From an uncultured virus (IMG/VR IMGVR_UViG_3300025879_000014) (Duplodnaviria > Heunggongvirae > Uroviricota > Caudoviricetes): DNA of 20,000 bases. The stretch lies in IMG/VR virus record IMGVR_UViG_3300025879_000014; one strand, 5' to 3'. This document shows positions 1 through 8,970 of the stretch, in pieces. A model generated the notes under the pieces. The model made no database searches and had not been told where the DNA came from. It saw only the letters and a list, made by a program, of their open reading frames with translations. The stretch's first letter is position 1, and every line of letters starts with the position of its first letter. Position numbers and translations under genes: made by a program.

Positions 1-1308
1 TTTACGACCTTCAGCAATTTCAACAATAGCTTGCGCATCAGCAGAATCTAGGCTTGAACCAATGATTAGGTTAATATCTAGAGTATCGGCATCAGAGAAG
101 ATATCGTATCCGCCAGCAGTATCGTTTGAGTCAGCGATAGTGTTAGTACCACCAGCTAGGTTATACTCAAGCGCAACAGTAGAAGATAACAAAGTAGTAT
201 CAGCTTCGCCGAACCACAAGTAATCTGAAGTTCCGTTAATTACGTCAACATAGTAGTTGTTAGTTCCGTCTTCTTTCTTAGTACCAGATACAGTTGAAAC
301 GTAAGCAAACGATTCTAATACAGTATTAGCAGTACCAGTGAATCCGCCGTCTACGTCTAGAACTACAATATGGATTTCGTTCGCCAAAGGAGCAGAATCG
401 AAAACGCCACGGTAGTCGTCAAAAGAAGTATCAGCAAAAGAAGTAGTGTTCGCTACGATTACTTTGATAGAGTTACCTAAGTCGCCAGGACAACGAGCAA
501 TCCAGTTACCTGCGCCAGCTAGAATTAGGTCTTCATAGTGTTCTTCGTTTTTAACTAAGAAACCAGCAGATGCTACAGTAACGTCACCAACTGCATTACC
601 ATCAAGGTCTACAGTAGGAGCAGTCGTATAGCCAGAACCACCATTAGTAATAGTGACAGCATTTACGCCAAGATCTAAGTCAACTTCTAGACCAGTACCA
701 GTATTTGAAGTAAGAGCAACGTCTGATAAAGAAGCAGAAATACCAGTGTAAGAACCACCAGATACTACTTGTACAGAAGCTACACCACCACCAGTACCGA
801 CTGATGCTATACGAAGTACAGCTTCGACACCAGAACCGATGTTAAGCGTAAATGTATCGCCGACTACATAGTCTGAACCAGCAGTTGCGATACTAGCAGT
901 AACTACTTTTGCAGTAGCAGTTGCAGTTGCGCCTGAACCACCGCCACCAGTAAATGATACTGTCGGGATTGTTGAGTAACCAGAACCAGCTGAAGTTACT
1001 TCAACAGAAGATACTGAGTCAGTTGCGGATGTTGCGTTTTTGAGACCAGTTGTATTGATTCGAGCTACACGCAAGTCGTCGCCATAAGACAAGAACTGCG
1101 CAGCGTTAAAGAATGATCCAGCGGTCGCATCGTTTGGTGCGCCGAACTTAGATACTAAATCTTTTTCGCTTGTAACTTGAACAACTTGTTCGACTGGACC
1201 CCATTGGAATGAACCAGCAATCGCACCAATAGAGGTGGATACAGCTGGAACAACGTTGGTTAGGTCAATTTCTTTGACCTGAACTCCAGGAGATACTAGA
1301 AAAGCCAT
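1..1308 (-). CDS. gp18: T4-like contractile tail sheath protein (partial; 3' end beyond the left edge)
   Basis: Not in the ORF track because it has no stop in the window. Hand translation from ATG at 1308 gives MAFLVSPGVQVKEIDLTNVVPAVSTSIGAIAGSFQWGPVEQ...FGAP...FFNAAQFLSYG..LRVAR, the typical gp18 N-terminus. Later it reads PGDLGNSIKV and EIHIVVLDVDGGFTG...NYYVDVIN. The frame is open to position 1, a GAGGA SD lies at 1316-1320, and the gene follows gp17. Confidence 0.96.
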   Translation of the reverse strand, partial: MAFLVSPGVQVKEIDLTNVVPAVSTSIGAIAGSFQWGPVEQVVQVTSEKDLVSKFGAPNDATAGSFFNAAQFLSYGDDLRVARINTTGLKNATSATDSVSSVEVTSAGSGYSTIPTVSFTGGGGSGATATATAKVVTASIATAGSDYVVGDTFTLNIGSGVEAVLRIASVGTGGGVASVQVVSGGSYTGISASLSDVALTSNTGTGLEVDLDLGVNAVTITNGGSGYTTAPTVDLDGNAVGDVTVASAGFLVKNEEHYEDLILAGAGNWIARCPGDLGNSIKVIVANTTSFADTSFDDYRGVFDSAPLANEIHIVVLDVDGGFTGTANTVLESFAYVSTVSGTKKEDGTNNYYVDVINGTSDYLWFGEADTTLLSSTVALEYNLAGGTNTIADSNDTAGGYDIFSDADTLDINLIIGSSLDSADAQAIVEIAEGRK

Positions 1309-1327
1309 TTGTTATTCCTCATTAAAT

Positions 1328-1378
1328 TATTTACAAGACACATTACAAGGTATTTATTCATCACTGGTACTATTTAGT
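1328..1378 (-). promoter_or_regulatory. Cluster of T4-type late-promoter-like TAAATA motifs upstream of gp18
   Basis: The minus strand has ACTAAATAGT (1369-1378), AATAAATA (1351-1358) and TGTAAATA (1328-1335) in the gp17-gp18 gap. The T4 late consensus is TATAAATA. Confidence 0.65.
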
Positions 1379-1381
1379 AAT

Positions 1382-2983
1382 TTAGAAAAGTCCAGTGTTA
1401 CTTTCTGTAGTCCACGCATTACCTTCGGCGTCGACTTCATATTCTGGTCCTAACCCATCGTCTGTAAATCCAAACGGAGTTAGTTCGTTTTCTATAGCAG
1501 CGATTTGTTCCCTGTACATCATGTCTTTTATATCGATATCCGTCATCTCGTTAAAGAAGGGCGAAGATACAAACCAACCAAACATAACTAAGTTCATAAC
1601 TAAGTCATCGTGGTTATTGTCGCTCGCCTCAAAAGAAGAACCCCTAGCAACAAAGGTAGAAAGTTCAATAATAGTATCAGAGTCGACAAGTTCTACCTTA
1701 TCTTGCTCTATTAAATCTTTTAAGTTGGAACAACCGATCCGCTTAACTTTACGGTTCATTGTCATTCCGATAGCGCCAGCCTTCACCATAGATTCGACGT
1801 GGGTGTTTTCGTATTCTAAATCATAGTATAAACCGTTCGCAACCACAGCACCCTGATCGTTCGATTCGATTACAACATACGCTTCGTTATACGTGTTAGC
1901 ATATTTATATATTATATCAGGGAACAATAATGGGGATATCATATTGTTCCGATATACGGCAACTTGTTTGAACGGTCTTTCAGTTATATCGAATATATTA
2001 AAGGTGGAGTAATCTTGCCCCCTGCCCTTTGCCACGTCGACGAACATTAAGTATTCGTGTTTCTCTATTGGTTTAGTATAGACCGCAACACCTTCTTGAC
2101 GATATAAAGGATTCCCCGACTTCAGTTGAAGTAGTTTATCCCCTGATATAAGGGTGTTGCCGTTACCCATGAAGGTGTTTCCAAATTCTTGGTCAAACTG
2201 TAGCTCTGAAGTATTAGAAATAGTCTGTCGTTTCCATTCTTCGTCTCGCCCAGGAACATCCCACCAGTCGACTCGGAAAGGTTTAAATTCGTTTGTTTCT
2301 TGAACAGCACCTTCCCACAGTTTATGATATATGTTACCAATACCATTCGCCGTTGATGTTATTATTACTCGAGAAGTTTTACCAGAAGATACTACCGGAT
2401 AAGTCGAAGTATAGAACTCGCCAGCGTTTTCCACGAAAGCGAATTCGTCTAAGAATAGTAAGTTAACCGATAGACCACGAATCGAAGAACCAGAAGTCGC
2501 AGCTGCTAATATTCTAGAGTTGTTTGAGAACTCAATAGAACCTTTGTTTAGAGACTTACATCCAGGTTGTAGAAAGAAAGGTAGGTTCTCGAGCATAAGG
2601 GTAATACGAGAAAGCATTTCCCTCGCCGTAGCACCTTTGTTGGCAAGTATCGCGATAGTCTTTTCTGGGTTGAATAATGCGTACCATAATAGATAGGCAA
2701 CGGAAGAAATAGACTTACCTGACTGTCTACAAGCTAGAACAATTGAAAACCTATTATCTTCAAAATGCTTGAACATATCTTTCTGATACGGATATAGGTT
2801 AAAAGGCACTAGACCCCTATCGAGGTTTACCACCTTTAGATAGTTCTCGGCGAAGTAAGAAGCGTCGTTCATACACTTGGCATATTCACGAACTTCGTCA
2901 GCAGTCCATTCCTGTTCTATCCCGTCGCGCTTGACATTCGGATTGCCGAGATAGCCGAGATCGCTATTCTTTATCTTCTGCAT
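1382..2983 (-). CDS. gp17: Terminase large subunit (DNA packaging ATPase/nuclease)
   Basis: Shows YLGNPN, adenine-binding LYPYQ, Walker A RQSGKS, Walker B LLFLDE, coupling motif TST and nuclease motifs VDVAKG and HDDLVM. ATG at 2983 (AGGTGA 9 nt upstream) is preferred over the TTG at 2992 used in the ORF track. Confidence 0.97.
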   Translation of the reverse strand: MQKIKNSDLGYLGNPNVKRDGIEQEWTADEVREYAKCMNDASYFAENYLKVVNLDRGLVPFNLYPYQKDMFKHFEDNRFSIVLACRQSGKSISSVAYLLWYALFNPEKTIAILANKGATAREMLSRITLMLENLPFFLQPGCKSLNKGSIEFSNNSRILAAATSGSSIRGLSVNLLFLDEFAFVENAGEFYTSTYPVVSSGKTSRVIITSTANGIGNIYHKLWEGAVQETNEFKPFRVDWWDVPGRDEEWKRQTISNTSELQFDQEFGNTFMGNGNTLISGDKLLQLKSGNPLYRQEGVAVYTKPIEKHEYLMFVDVAKGRGQDYSTFNIFDITERPFKQVAVYRNNMISPLLFPDIIYKYANTYNEAYVVIESNDQGAVVANGLYYDLEYENTHVESMVKAGAIGMTMNRKVKRIGCSNLKDLIEQDKVELVDSDTIIELSTFVARGSSFEASDNNHDDLVMNLVMFGWFVSSPFFNEMTDIDIKDMMYREQIAAIENELTPFGFTDDGLGPEYEVDAEGNAWTTESNTGLF

Positions 2984-3323
2984 CTGCGGCAATCACCTTT
3001 TCGTCTTTCTTACTATGGAGCATCTTTTGAAGATCGGTAGCAGAACCAACGAATACATTATTTTGAGTTAGTTGAGGAGTAGATTGCATTTGATCAGGTA
3101 CGGCAAGAACGTCCTTTTTCTTTTTCTGTAGGTCCATTAACCTATCCGCAATCTCGGCATTCTGTTTCATCATAGTAGATAAAACTTCAAATGCCCTTGG
3201 GTGTTCACTTTCCCTCGCAAGATCAAGCATCATTTCAATCGCTTCCTCACCCTTCTCTACTAGATTGTAATAATTAGCTCTAGCAAAATCATAATCGTCA
3301 TCGATATGTTCATTGTCACTCAT
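2964..3323 (-). CDS. gp16: Terminase small subunit
   Basis: DYDFARANYYNLVEKG..A...ESEHPRAFEV...NNVFVGSATDLQKML matches the T4-like gp16 pattern. The gene overlaps the gp17 start. Confidence 0.95.
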   Translation of the reverse strand: MSDNEHIDDDYDFARANYYNLVEKGEEAIEMMLDLARESEHPRAFEVLSTMMKQNAEIADRLMDLQKKKKDVLAVPDQMQSTPQLTQNNVFVGSATDLQKMLHSKKDEKVIAADAEDKE

Positions 3324-4298
3324 TTAATTCACCGTATAAGAATCTACCGTAACTTGATCCGAAGATACAAGACCAGTAACAGTTTCTCCAATTTGATAAT
3401 ATCCGTCGAGGTTATCGACTGTTATAGTTAGCGTTTGATTAACGGAATCAAAAGATTTCGATGATATGGTACCGCCAACTCCAGAATCTTCCCCGACTAT
3501 AAATTCGCCAAGGGTTAATACTTCTTCGGTCGAATCAATTACCATAGTAATACTACTATTTGGAGAAACGAAATTGAAGTCTGTAGTAATCGTATGCGGT
3601 TCGTCCTCATTAGATTCGAATGGTTCTACTTTAGACACAATATTCTCTAGAGACCTTTCTTGATCTTGTAGTATATGTACGTGCGCCAATTTAATTACTG
3701 GGCGAGATCCAGGTTTACCATAGAAACGAGTCTTTAATGTAAAGTCTAGAGTATATATTAGAACTCTTCGACTTTCTAGGTCACCTTCATAGTCATCTTG
3801 AATAGAAACAGAGTTAAGTGTAACTGGAATATCGACTGGGTTAACCCCTTCGACCAAGTTAGCTGCTACTGTATATGTCGGGGGAAATAACGGTAGTATT
3901 TGCTCTAATATTTGTAGACCATCGTCTTGGTTCTTAACAAGTATATTAAGTTGCATTCCAACGTTATAGTTTACAAAGTTAACAGTTTCTCTAGAACCAT
4001 CGCCTTCTGATATAGTAACTGTATTAAACTTATTACCAATAGTTTCAGAGTCGTAGTCTATAGAAGTAATCTCAAAAGACATCCTTGGTAGTTTAATAGC
4101 AATCCTATTGTTTTCTAACGAAGGCTGTTCGTCTATACGGGAAAGGAACTTTTGCTTCGGTCCATAGGCAAGTGGAACTTTATTGACTGAACCCTCGCCT
4201 GAGTTATGTTTCTTGATAATGTTAATATCATTAAACAAAGTTCCAAATACTGCTACTGTCTTTCTAAGTATAGCGTTATAGTGATGTCCACCAAACAT
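3324..4298 (-). CDS. gp15: Tail sheath stabilizer/tail terminator with a C-terminal extension
   Basis: Shows MFGGHHYN..LRKTVAVFGTLFNDI, VPLAYGPKQKFL, LPRMSFE, DGLQILEQILPLF and DDYEGD...RRVLIYTLDF. It lies between gp14 and gp16. Confidence 0.95.
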   Translation of the reverse strand: MFGGHHYNAILRKTVAVFGTLFNDINIIKKHNSGEGSVNKVPLAYGPKQKFLSRIDEQPSLENNRIAIKLPRMSFEITSIDYDSETIGNKFNTVTISEGDGSRETVNFVNYNVGMQLNILVKNQDDGLQILEQILPLFPPTYTVAANLVEGVNPVDIPVTLNSVSIQDDYEGDLESRRVLIYTLDFTLKTRFYGKPGSRPVIKLAHVHILQDQERSLENIVSKVEPFESNEDEPHTITTDFNFVSPNSSITMVIDSTEEVLTLGEFIVGEDSGVGGTISSKSFDSVNQTLTITVDNLDGYYQIGETVTGLVSSDQVTVDSYTVN

Positions 4299-4300
4299 AA

Positions 4301-5206
4301 TTAATCTCCGTTAGGTTCGCCGAATGGGTTGCTTTCTGAGAAGTCCAGAATAGTATCCGCCATCGATTCAATATTGGTATTTTGAGCAAACGGATCATAC
4401 ACGCTACTCCCGTCGTTACCTTCGTCTACGTTTATGTTAGTGATTTCTCCAGTAATTCCAGATTCGAATTCTATTTCGCCTTCTGTGAACTCGGCATAAG
4501 TGGCGTCCGAAGTGAATATATTGACTACAGCAATCTCAGCAATCGTATTAGAACGTTTTTCTACGGAAACTACTTCAGCCGAAATACTAACACCAGAAGG
4601 TAGATCCTGTTGTATACGGTCGCCCAATTGTATTAGGTTCGAAGAAAGGTTGCCGATTACTAATACATTCTGATAATCTAACGCATCTAATCTATCTATC
4701 TCAGCCACGCCAGTACTAAACATCTCTTCTGACATTTCGAATGAAGAGCATTGTAACTTATATGTAGGCAAGTTTTGTAAGTGGTAAAATGGTTGTTCGT
4801 GTTCGACTTTATCTATTTGAAAGAACGCATTAGATAAAGGTAAGAATATCACGTCGCCTTCTACTGGTCGATCGGGAGCATCTTCCGGATTCCATAGACC
4901 GATAACTTTACGCCAGCGACGTTTGGCTACAATAAAGGTTGCTGTATCGCGAATCTCTAAGCCAAACTTTGACATAAGGTCGCCATCCCCACCAAACCCT
5001 TCGGTGTTTTCTATATACATCTCAATAGTATACGCATCGTCAAATTGAGATTCTACTGATTCATTCAGAATATAGTCGCGTTGTAATACGGTACGTGGAA
5101 GATAATACGTATCTTGTCCGTACATTTTGAGAGACTCAATAATCAAGTCTTCATATAGGTCTTGTTCCGTACCTACTTTTGATGAGAAATATACATTAGT
5201 GGCCAT
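4301..5206 (-). CDS. gp14: Neck/head completion protein
   Basis: Shows EQDLYEDLIIES..MYGQD.YYLPR, SKFGLEIRD, RPVEGDVIFLP, VEHEQPFY and the C-terminal ILDFSESNPFG. Synteny agrees. Confidence 0.95.
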   Translation of the reverse strand: MATNVYFSSKVGTEQDLYEDLIIESLKMYGQDTYYLPRTVLQRDYILNESVESQFDDAYTIEMYIENTEGFGGDGDLMSKFGLEIRDTATFIVAKRRWRKVIGLWNPEDAPDRPVEGDVIFLPLSNAFFQIDKVEHEQPFYHLQNLPTYKLQCSSFEMSEEMFSTGVAEIDRLDALDYQNVLVIGNLSSNLIQLGDRIQQDLPSGVSISAEVVSVEKRSNTIAEIAVVNIFTSDATYAEFTEGEIEFESGITGEITNINVDEGNDGSSVYDPFAQNTNIESMADTILDFSESNPFGEPNGD

Positions 5207-5209
5207 TAC

Positions 5210-5959
5210 TTACCCCATAAAGAAATTAACAGGCAGTTCGTGAGATAAACGCATCTCTTCTTCAATACGCTGTATTTCTTCATTCGCTTCGTCAAACATT
5301 TGTTGCCCATTAATAGTAACTCCTCCAGGAAGGGTCATACCGTCGAACTTCTTAATGTTAATTGCCCATTGACGTTTGATAAGGGCAGTAGAGTATTTCT
5401 TAAGATACATATCATTATATACTTTAGGAAATGAATCTGGGTCGATAATAGAATGAGCTTTAACCACGATAACGCTACCGACGATTAAATCTTCTTTATC
5501 TATTTGAAGGTATAGTCTATTTTCATGACGTTCGAATTGAGAGAATTCCGTAAGACCAGAACCTATCTTCATATCATACATAGCAAGGTTTTGTTGAACC
5601 TGCTCATAGTATGCTAGGTTGCCTAGATTACCAAGGTGATACACATCATTTAAGTGTAATTGGTAATTGACATCAAACATATTTACTGAGCTGTTTTCAG
5701 AAGATAGTGGTAAGATTCGTTCTACAAACAATATCTGATCTGATAACGGTAAGTACATGTTATCAATATCGTCTTGTGTTATAGTGTGTACATAGAATAC
5801 ACGTTTAGTTGCTTCGTAATTATACTCTTGATAGAATTGAAGTGCTTCTTCGATCCTATCGTTGAGTTGGTCTGGGTCAACATTGACCTCGATGACTGGC
5901 TCGCCCAACGAGCGTAGGCAGTAATCAATCAGTTCTTGTCTTGTACTTGGGATAGCCAT
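5210..5959 (-). CDS. gp13: Neck protein (head-tail adaptor)
   Basis: Shows MAIPSTRQELIDYCLRSLGEPVIEVNVD..Q..DRIEEALQ and YSTALIKRQW..N..KFDGMTLPGGVTING. Synteny agrees. Confidence 0.95.
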   Translation of the reverse strand: MAIPSTRQELIDYCLRSLGEPVIEVNVDPDQLNDRIEEALQFYQEYNYEATKRVFYVHTITQDDIDNMYLPLSDQILFVERILPLSSENSSVNMFDVNYQLHLNDVYHLGNLGNLAYYEQVQQNLAMYDMKIGSGLTEFSQFERHENRLYLQIDKEDLIVGSVIVVKAHSIIDPDSFPKVYNDMYLKKYSTALIKRQWAINIKKFDGMTLPGGVTINGQQMFDEANEEIQRIEEEMRLSHELPVNFFMG

Positions 5960-5961
5960 AA

Positions 5962-5998
5962 AAATAGTCCTACAGATTAAGTTTCTATAGGACTATTT
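5962..5998 (-). promoter_or_regulatory. 15-bp stem-loop covering the gp13 SD (translational occlusion hairpin and/or intrinsic terminator)
   Basis: The minus-strand RNA reads AAAUAGUCCUAUAGA-AACUUAA-UCUGUAGGACUAUUU-UUAUG, giving 14 Watson-Crick pairs plus one U-G pair. The 3' arm contains AGGA. Confidence 0.75.
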
Positions 5999-6001
5999 AT
6001 A
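5994..6001 (-). promoter_or_regulatory. T4-type late promoter upstream of gp13
   Basis: An exact TATAAATA lies on the minus strand in the intergenic gap, 34 nt upstream of the gp13 ATG. Confidence 0.85.
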
Positions 6002-6007
6002 TCTTTC

Positions 6008-6436
6008 TTATTCTGGCTTAGATGGCCAAGTAACGTCCCATGGGAACCCTTCTTGCTCTGTAACGTCTCTCAACTCTTGACGATAAGTCGCCCAAGCTTC
6101 TTGATCTACAGGTACATCAGGGATTTGAGTCCAATCGCATTTCTTTAGCGCTTCGTCTCTTTTTGCCCTAATTAGGTTCGCACGATTCTCGTCAGGGATA
6201 TCGATTACATCCCATTGAGATTCATACTGACCAGTTTCTTCATTTAATAGAACAACTTTCGATTTAGCAAGAACTTGTCTGCTACTGATTTCCGGTTGTT
6301 CTGCCTCAACGATACGAGCTAAACCAAATTCTACCAAAGTATCGTCTGAAACGTTTTGAGAAATAGAAACATTATTATCCTTTCCCCATTTCTTAATAGG
6401 TACGACCACGTCGTCTTTTATTACATAAACTAGCAT
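6008..6436 (-). CDS. Tail fibre assembly chaperone-like protein (copy 1)
   Basis: The C-terminal IRAKRDEALKKCDWTQIPDVP...WATYRQELRDVTEQEGFPWDVTWPSKPE matches the phage tail assembly chaperone pattern R..R..LL..SDW...W..YRQ.LRD....GFP..V.WP..P. A GAGGA SD is present. Confidence 0.85.
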   Translation of the reverse strand: MLVYVIKDDVVVPIKKWGKDNNVSISQNVSDDTLVEFGLARIVEAEQPEISSRQVLAKSKVVLLNEETGQYESQWDVIDIPDENRANLIRAKRDEALKKCDWTQIPDVPVDQEAWATYRQELRDVTEQEGFPWDVTWPSKPE

Positions 6437-6450
6437 TTTAAATCCTCTTA

Positions 6451-8970
6451 TTATAATTCTTCGTAAATCTCGAATGCCGATATAGTACCCGTATCGACAC
6501 CGCCAGAATACGGCACAAAGTTAAATGGGGCAGATACAAATAGTATATTAGGGTCTCCAGTATAACCGTCTGTTATATGTAGGTTGTTACCGAACGCATC
6601 AGGTAGTCCTGGGTCTCCCGCTTCTGGATCTACAAATCCTTCTTGATCTACGTATACGTTATTCTGAATGATATATTCTGAAGGTATATACCCCTTTGGT
6701 TCGTGCGTGACTTCGTCGTGATCGATCTTATATAAGAACACAGTACCTTCGTCCCCCGATGCTGAGTCGCCAATCGCAAACTTCGAAGAACCAGCTGCGA
6801 TAGAAACTCCAAAATTGAGACTCGCTCCTTCGGGTCTTGGTATAGTACCCACTAGAACTGGAGCCGACGTGTCGTTTCTGACATCATACATAAACACTTC
6901 ACTATCCCCAGAGAGAAACATAGTGGTTGTTTCCCCAGAGTTTGATGGCCAATAGTTCATAAGTTCTGCCGACGGGCTGTAGTAGTTAAAATCAGCGTTA
7001 AACCCGAACGACCCAAACCCTTCTGGGTGCGTGATAACCCTATTCTGAAGAGTTTGACCGTCGTAGAGAAAGCCAGAAGAAAACGAATAATACCTACCAG
7101 AATTAGCAGTAAAGGCAGAAAACCCCCTAGATCCATCAGGAGATATAACTACATTATAACCTTGCTGGTTCCCAGAGTCGAATCTAACATAAGTCATATT
7201 CCCCGTGTACGACATTTTGAATAAAAAAGTACCGCCAGAATTACCATTAAATCCAGGAGCTCCGACCATCAAGGCTCCGTTTTTCGAGCTACAAGCCACC
7301 GAATAGCCGAATTGTGCATCCAATTCCATGTAAGACGGGAACGAAAACGAGGATGCGTCTATGGTATCTTGTAACGCCCAAGTCGTGCCACTGGTTCTTA
7401 CATACGTATACACTGCCCCGAACTTCTGACTAAACGTCGAATCATATACGCCAGGAGCGCCAACAACTATATTATCATGCTCATCTATATCTACAGAATA
7501 CCCGAATAATGCTCCGCCCTCGCTTGATGGGTAGTTTTCGTCGATAGGGAAATATAGTTCCGTTAAAAACACTGTACTTCCTTGGTAGTTTCCATAAATT
7601 GAGACTGTACCCATATTAGTCCTATTGAAACCGTCGCCGTCCCTATTTGGCATACCCACAACAAGATAATTGTCGTTAGAAGCAACTCCATAAGAACCAA
7701 AATACTGTGATTCCATAGCAAATCTTCGGTCGTCGAAATACGCATTAGTAGTAATTGGTGTACCACCGTTCCATTCAACTTTCCTGAATAACCCAAAGTC
7801 ATCAGTATTACCAACAGAAGGGTTGTAATCCGAGCGAGGATCCCCAACGTATGCAGTTAAGGTAGAAGTATTCGGAGTCGCTGCGATCGAATACGCCCAC
7901 CATTCTGGAAAATCGTTAGGGTCGGGATTAACGATGGCAACTCGGAAGATTAGGTTCGATAGAGATATAGCAGATACCGCACCGCCGTTATCTCGAGAAC
8001 CTACCCATATCCAACCATTACCGATAAGGTCGATACTACGACCGAACCGATCGTTGACATTTACGTTATTAGGCTCAATAAATTGATACGAACTGCCCGT
8101 AATAAATTCATTGAGAACTATTCTGCCCTCACCGCCATTATAGTCCGGATCGCTCACTGCGACTATACCATCATAGGTCATATTCCCTACATCATGAGTA
8201 CCTTCTAATATCCTTATATCACCAATACCAACATTAAAATCAGAACCGATACCAGAGTTAAGAGTCTTGAAGGGCGAGGTGCCCGATCTAGTATAAACCC
8301 AAGATTGACCGGAAGGAGAAGCAACCGCCACATAATTGTTAGAAGCTGCTATTCTAAGTCCAAACCCAGAAGTTGTACTAGATTTGGTTTGAATTTGTGT
8401 CCAAGAGGTGTCCGAAAGTCTAGAGTACGTAAGGATATACTTATTAGTCCCTTGGTCAACAGATATGTATGCCGTATCACCATCAGGAGAAAGTGCTACA
8501 TCATAAACAACGCCAGAAACATAAAAAGTCTTAAGCAGTGTACCTGTTATAAAATCGTACAGAAATACTTTAGAATCATATGCGCAAGATATTAGTATAT
8601 ACCTTCTAACGTCAGACATAGAAATTTGATAACCGAACCAATCTCCAGAGTTACCGCCCGTCGAAGGCGGAACGATATGGCGCTGTAGACTAAGGGATTG
8701 ATCATATATAGAAACAACCCCAGTATTATCCGAAGAACCAGTAACATTACCAAAGGGATCGTAAGTATACCCGCGAGCTCTTGGTGCGGAAACGCCAATA
8801 TATCCATTTCCATAATCGGAATACTCAGTATCGTATCCGAAATAGGTTGACCTCTGATCGTTGGCTCCGGTGATTGGTACTTCTGGGTCAATAATATCTC
8901 GAGCTGAGTAATTAATTCTGGAAGTCCTCTCCCCTCCACCGCCGGAGAGTAGTGCTAGTAGAGCGCTCAT
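6451..8970 (-). CDS. FG-GAP-repeat beta-propeller protein, putative virion adhesin
   Basis: About 14 FG..(V)GAP-type blades can be counted, e.g. LFGYSVDIDEHDNIVVGAP, QFGYSVACSSKNGALMVGAP, YFGYDTE..IGVSAP and AFGNNLHI..LFVSAP. The start overlaps the upstream stop (TAATG at 8970). Confidence 0.8.
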   Translation of the reverse strand: MSALLALLSGGGGERTSRINYSARDIIDPEVPITGANDQRSTYFGYDTEYSDYGNGYIGVSAPRARGYTYDPFGNVTGSSDNTGVVSIYDQSLSLQRHIVPPSTGGNSGDWFGYQISMSDVRRYILISCAYDSKVFLYDFITGTLLKTFYVSGVVYDVALSPDGDTAYISVDQGTNKYILTYSRLSDTSWTQIQTKSSTTSGFGLRIAASNNYVAVASPSGQSWVYTRSGTSPFKTLNSGIGSDFNVGIGDIRILEGTHDVGNMTYDGIVAVSDPDYNGGEGRIVLNEFITGSSYQFIEPNNVNVNDRFGRSIDLIGNGWIWVGSRDNGGAVSAISLSNLIFRVAIVNPDPNDFPEWWAYSIAATPNTSTLTAYVGDPRSDYNPSVGNTDDFGLFRKVEWNGGTPITTNAYFDDRRFAMESQYFGSYGVASNDNYLVVGMPNRDGDGFNRTNMGTVSIYGNYQGSTVFLTELYFPIDENYPSSEGGALFGYSVDIDEHDNIVVGAPGVYDSTFSQKFGAVYTYVRTSGTTWALQDTIDASSFSFPSYMELDAQFGYSVACSSKNGALMVGAPGFNGNSGGTFLFKMSYTGNMTYVRFDSGNQQGYNVVISPDGSRGFSAFTANSGRYYSFSSGFLYDGQTLQNRVITHPEGFGSFGFNADFNYYSPSAELMNYWPSNSGETTTMFLSGDSEVFMYDVRNDTSAPVLVGTIPRPEGASLNFGVSIAAGSSKFAIGDSASGDEGTVFLYKIDHDEVTHEPKGYIPSEYIIQNNVYVDQEGFVDPEAGDPGLPDAFGNNLHITDGYTGDPNILFVSAPFNFVPYSGGVDTGTISAFEIYEEL

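Noticed and set aside
1382..2983. Intein, intron or homing endonuclease in or next to gp17
   Set aside because: The ORF is continuous, of normal length, and its motifs are at expected spacing. The intergenic gaps are too small.
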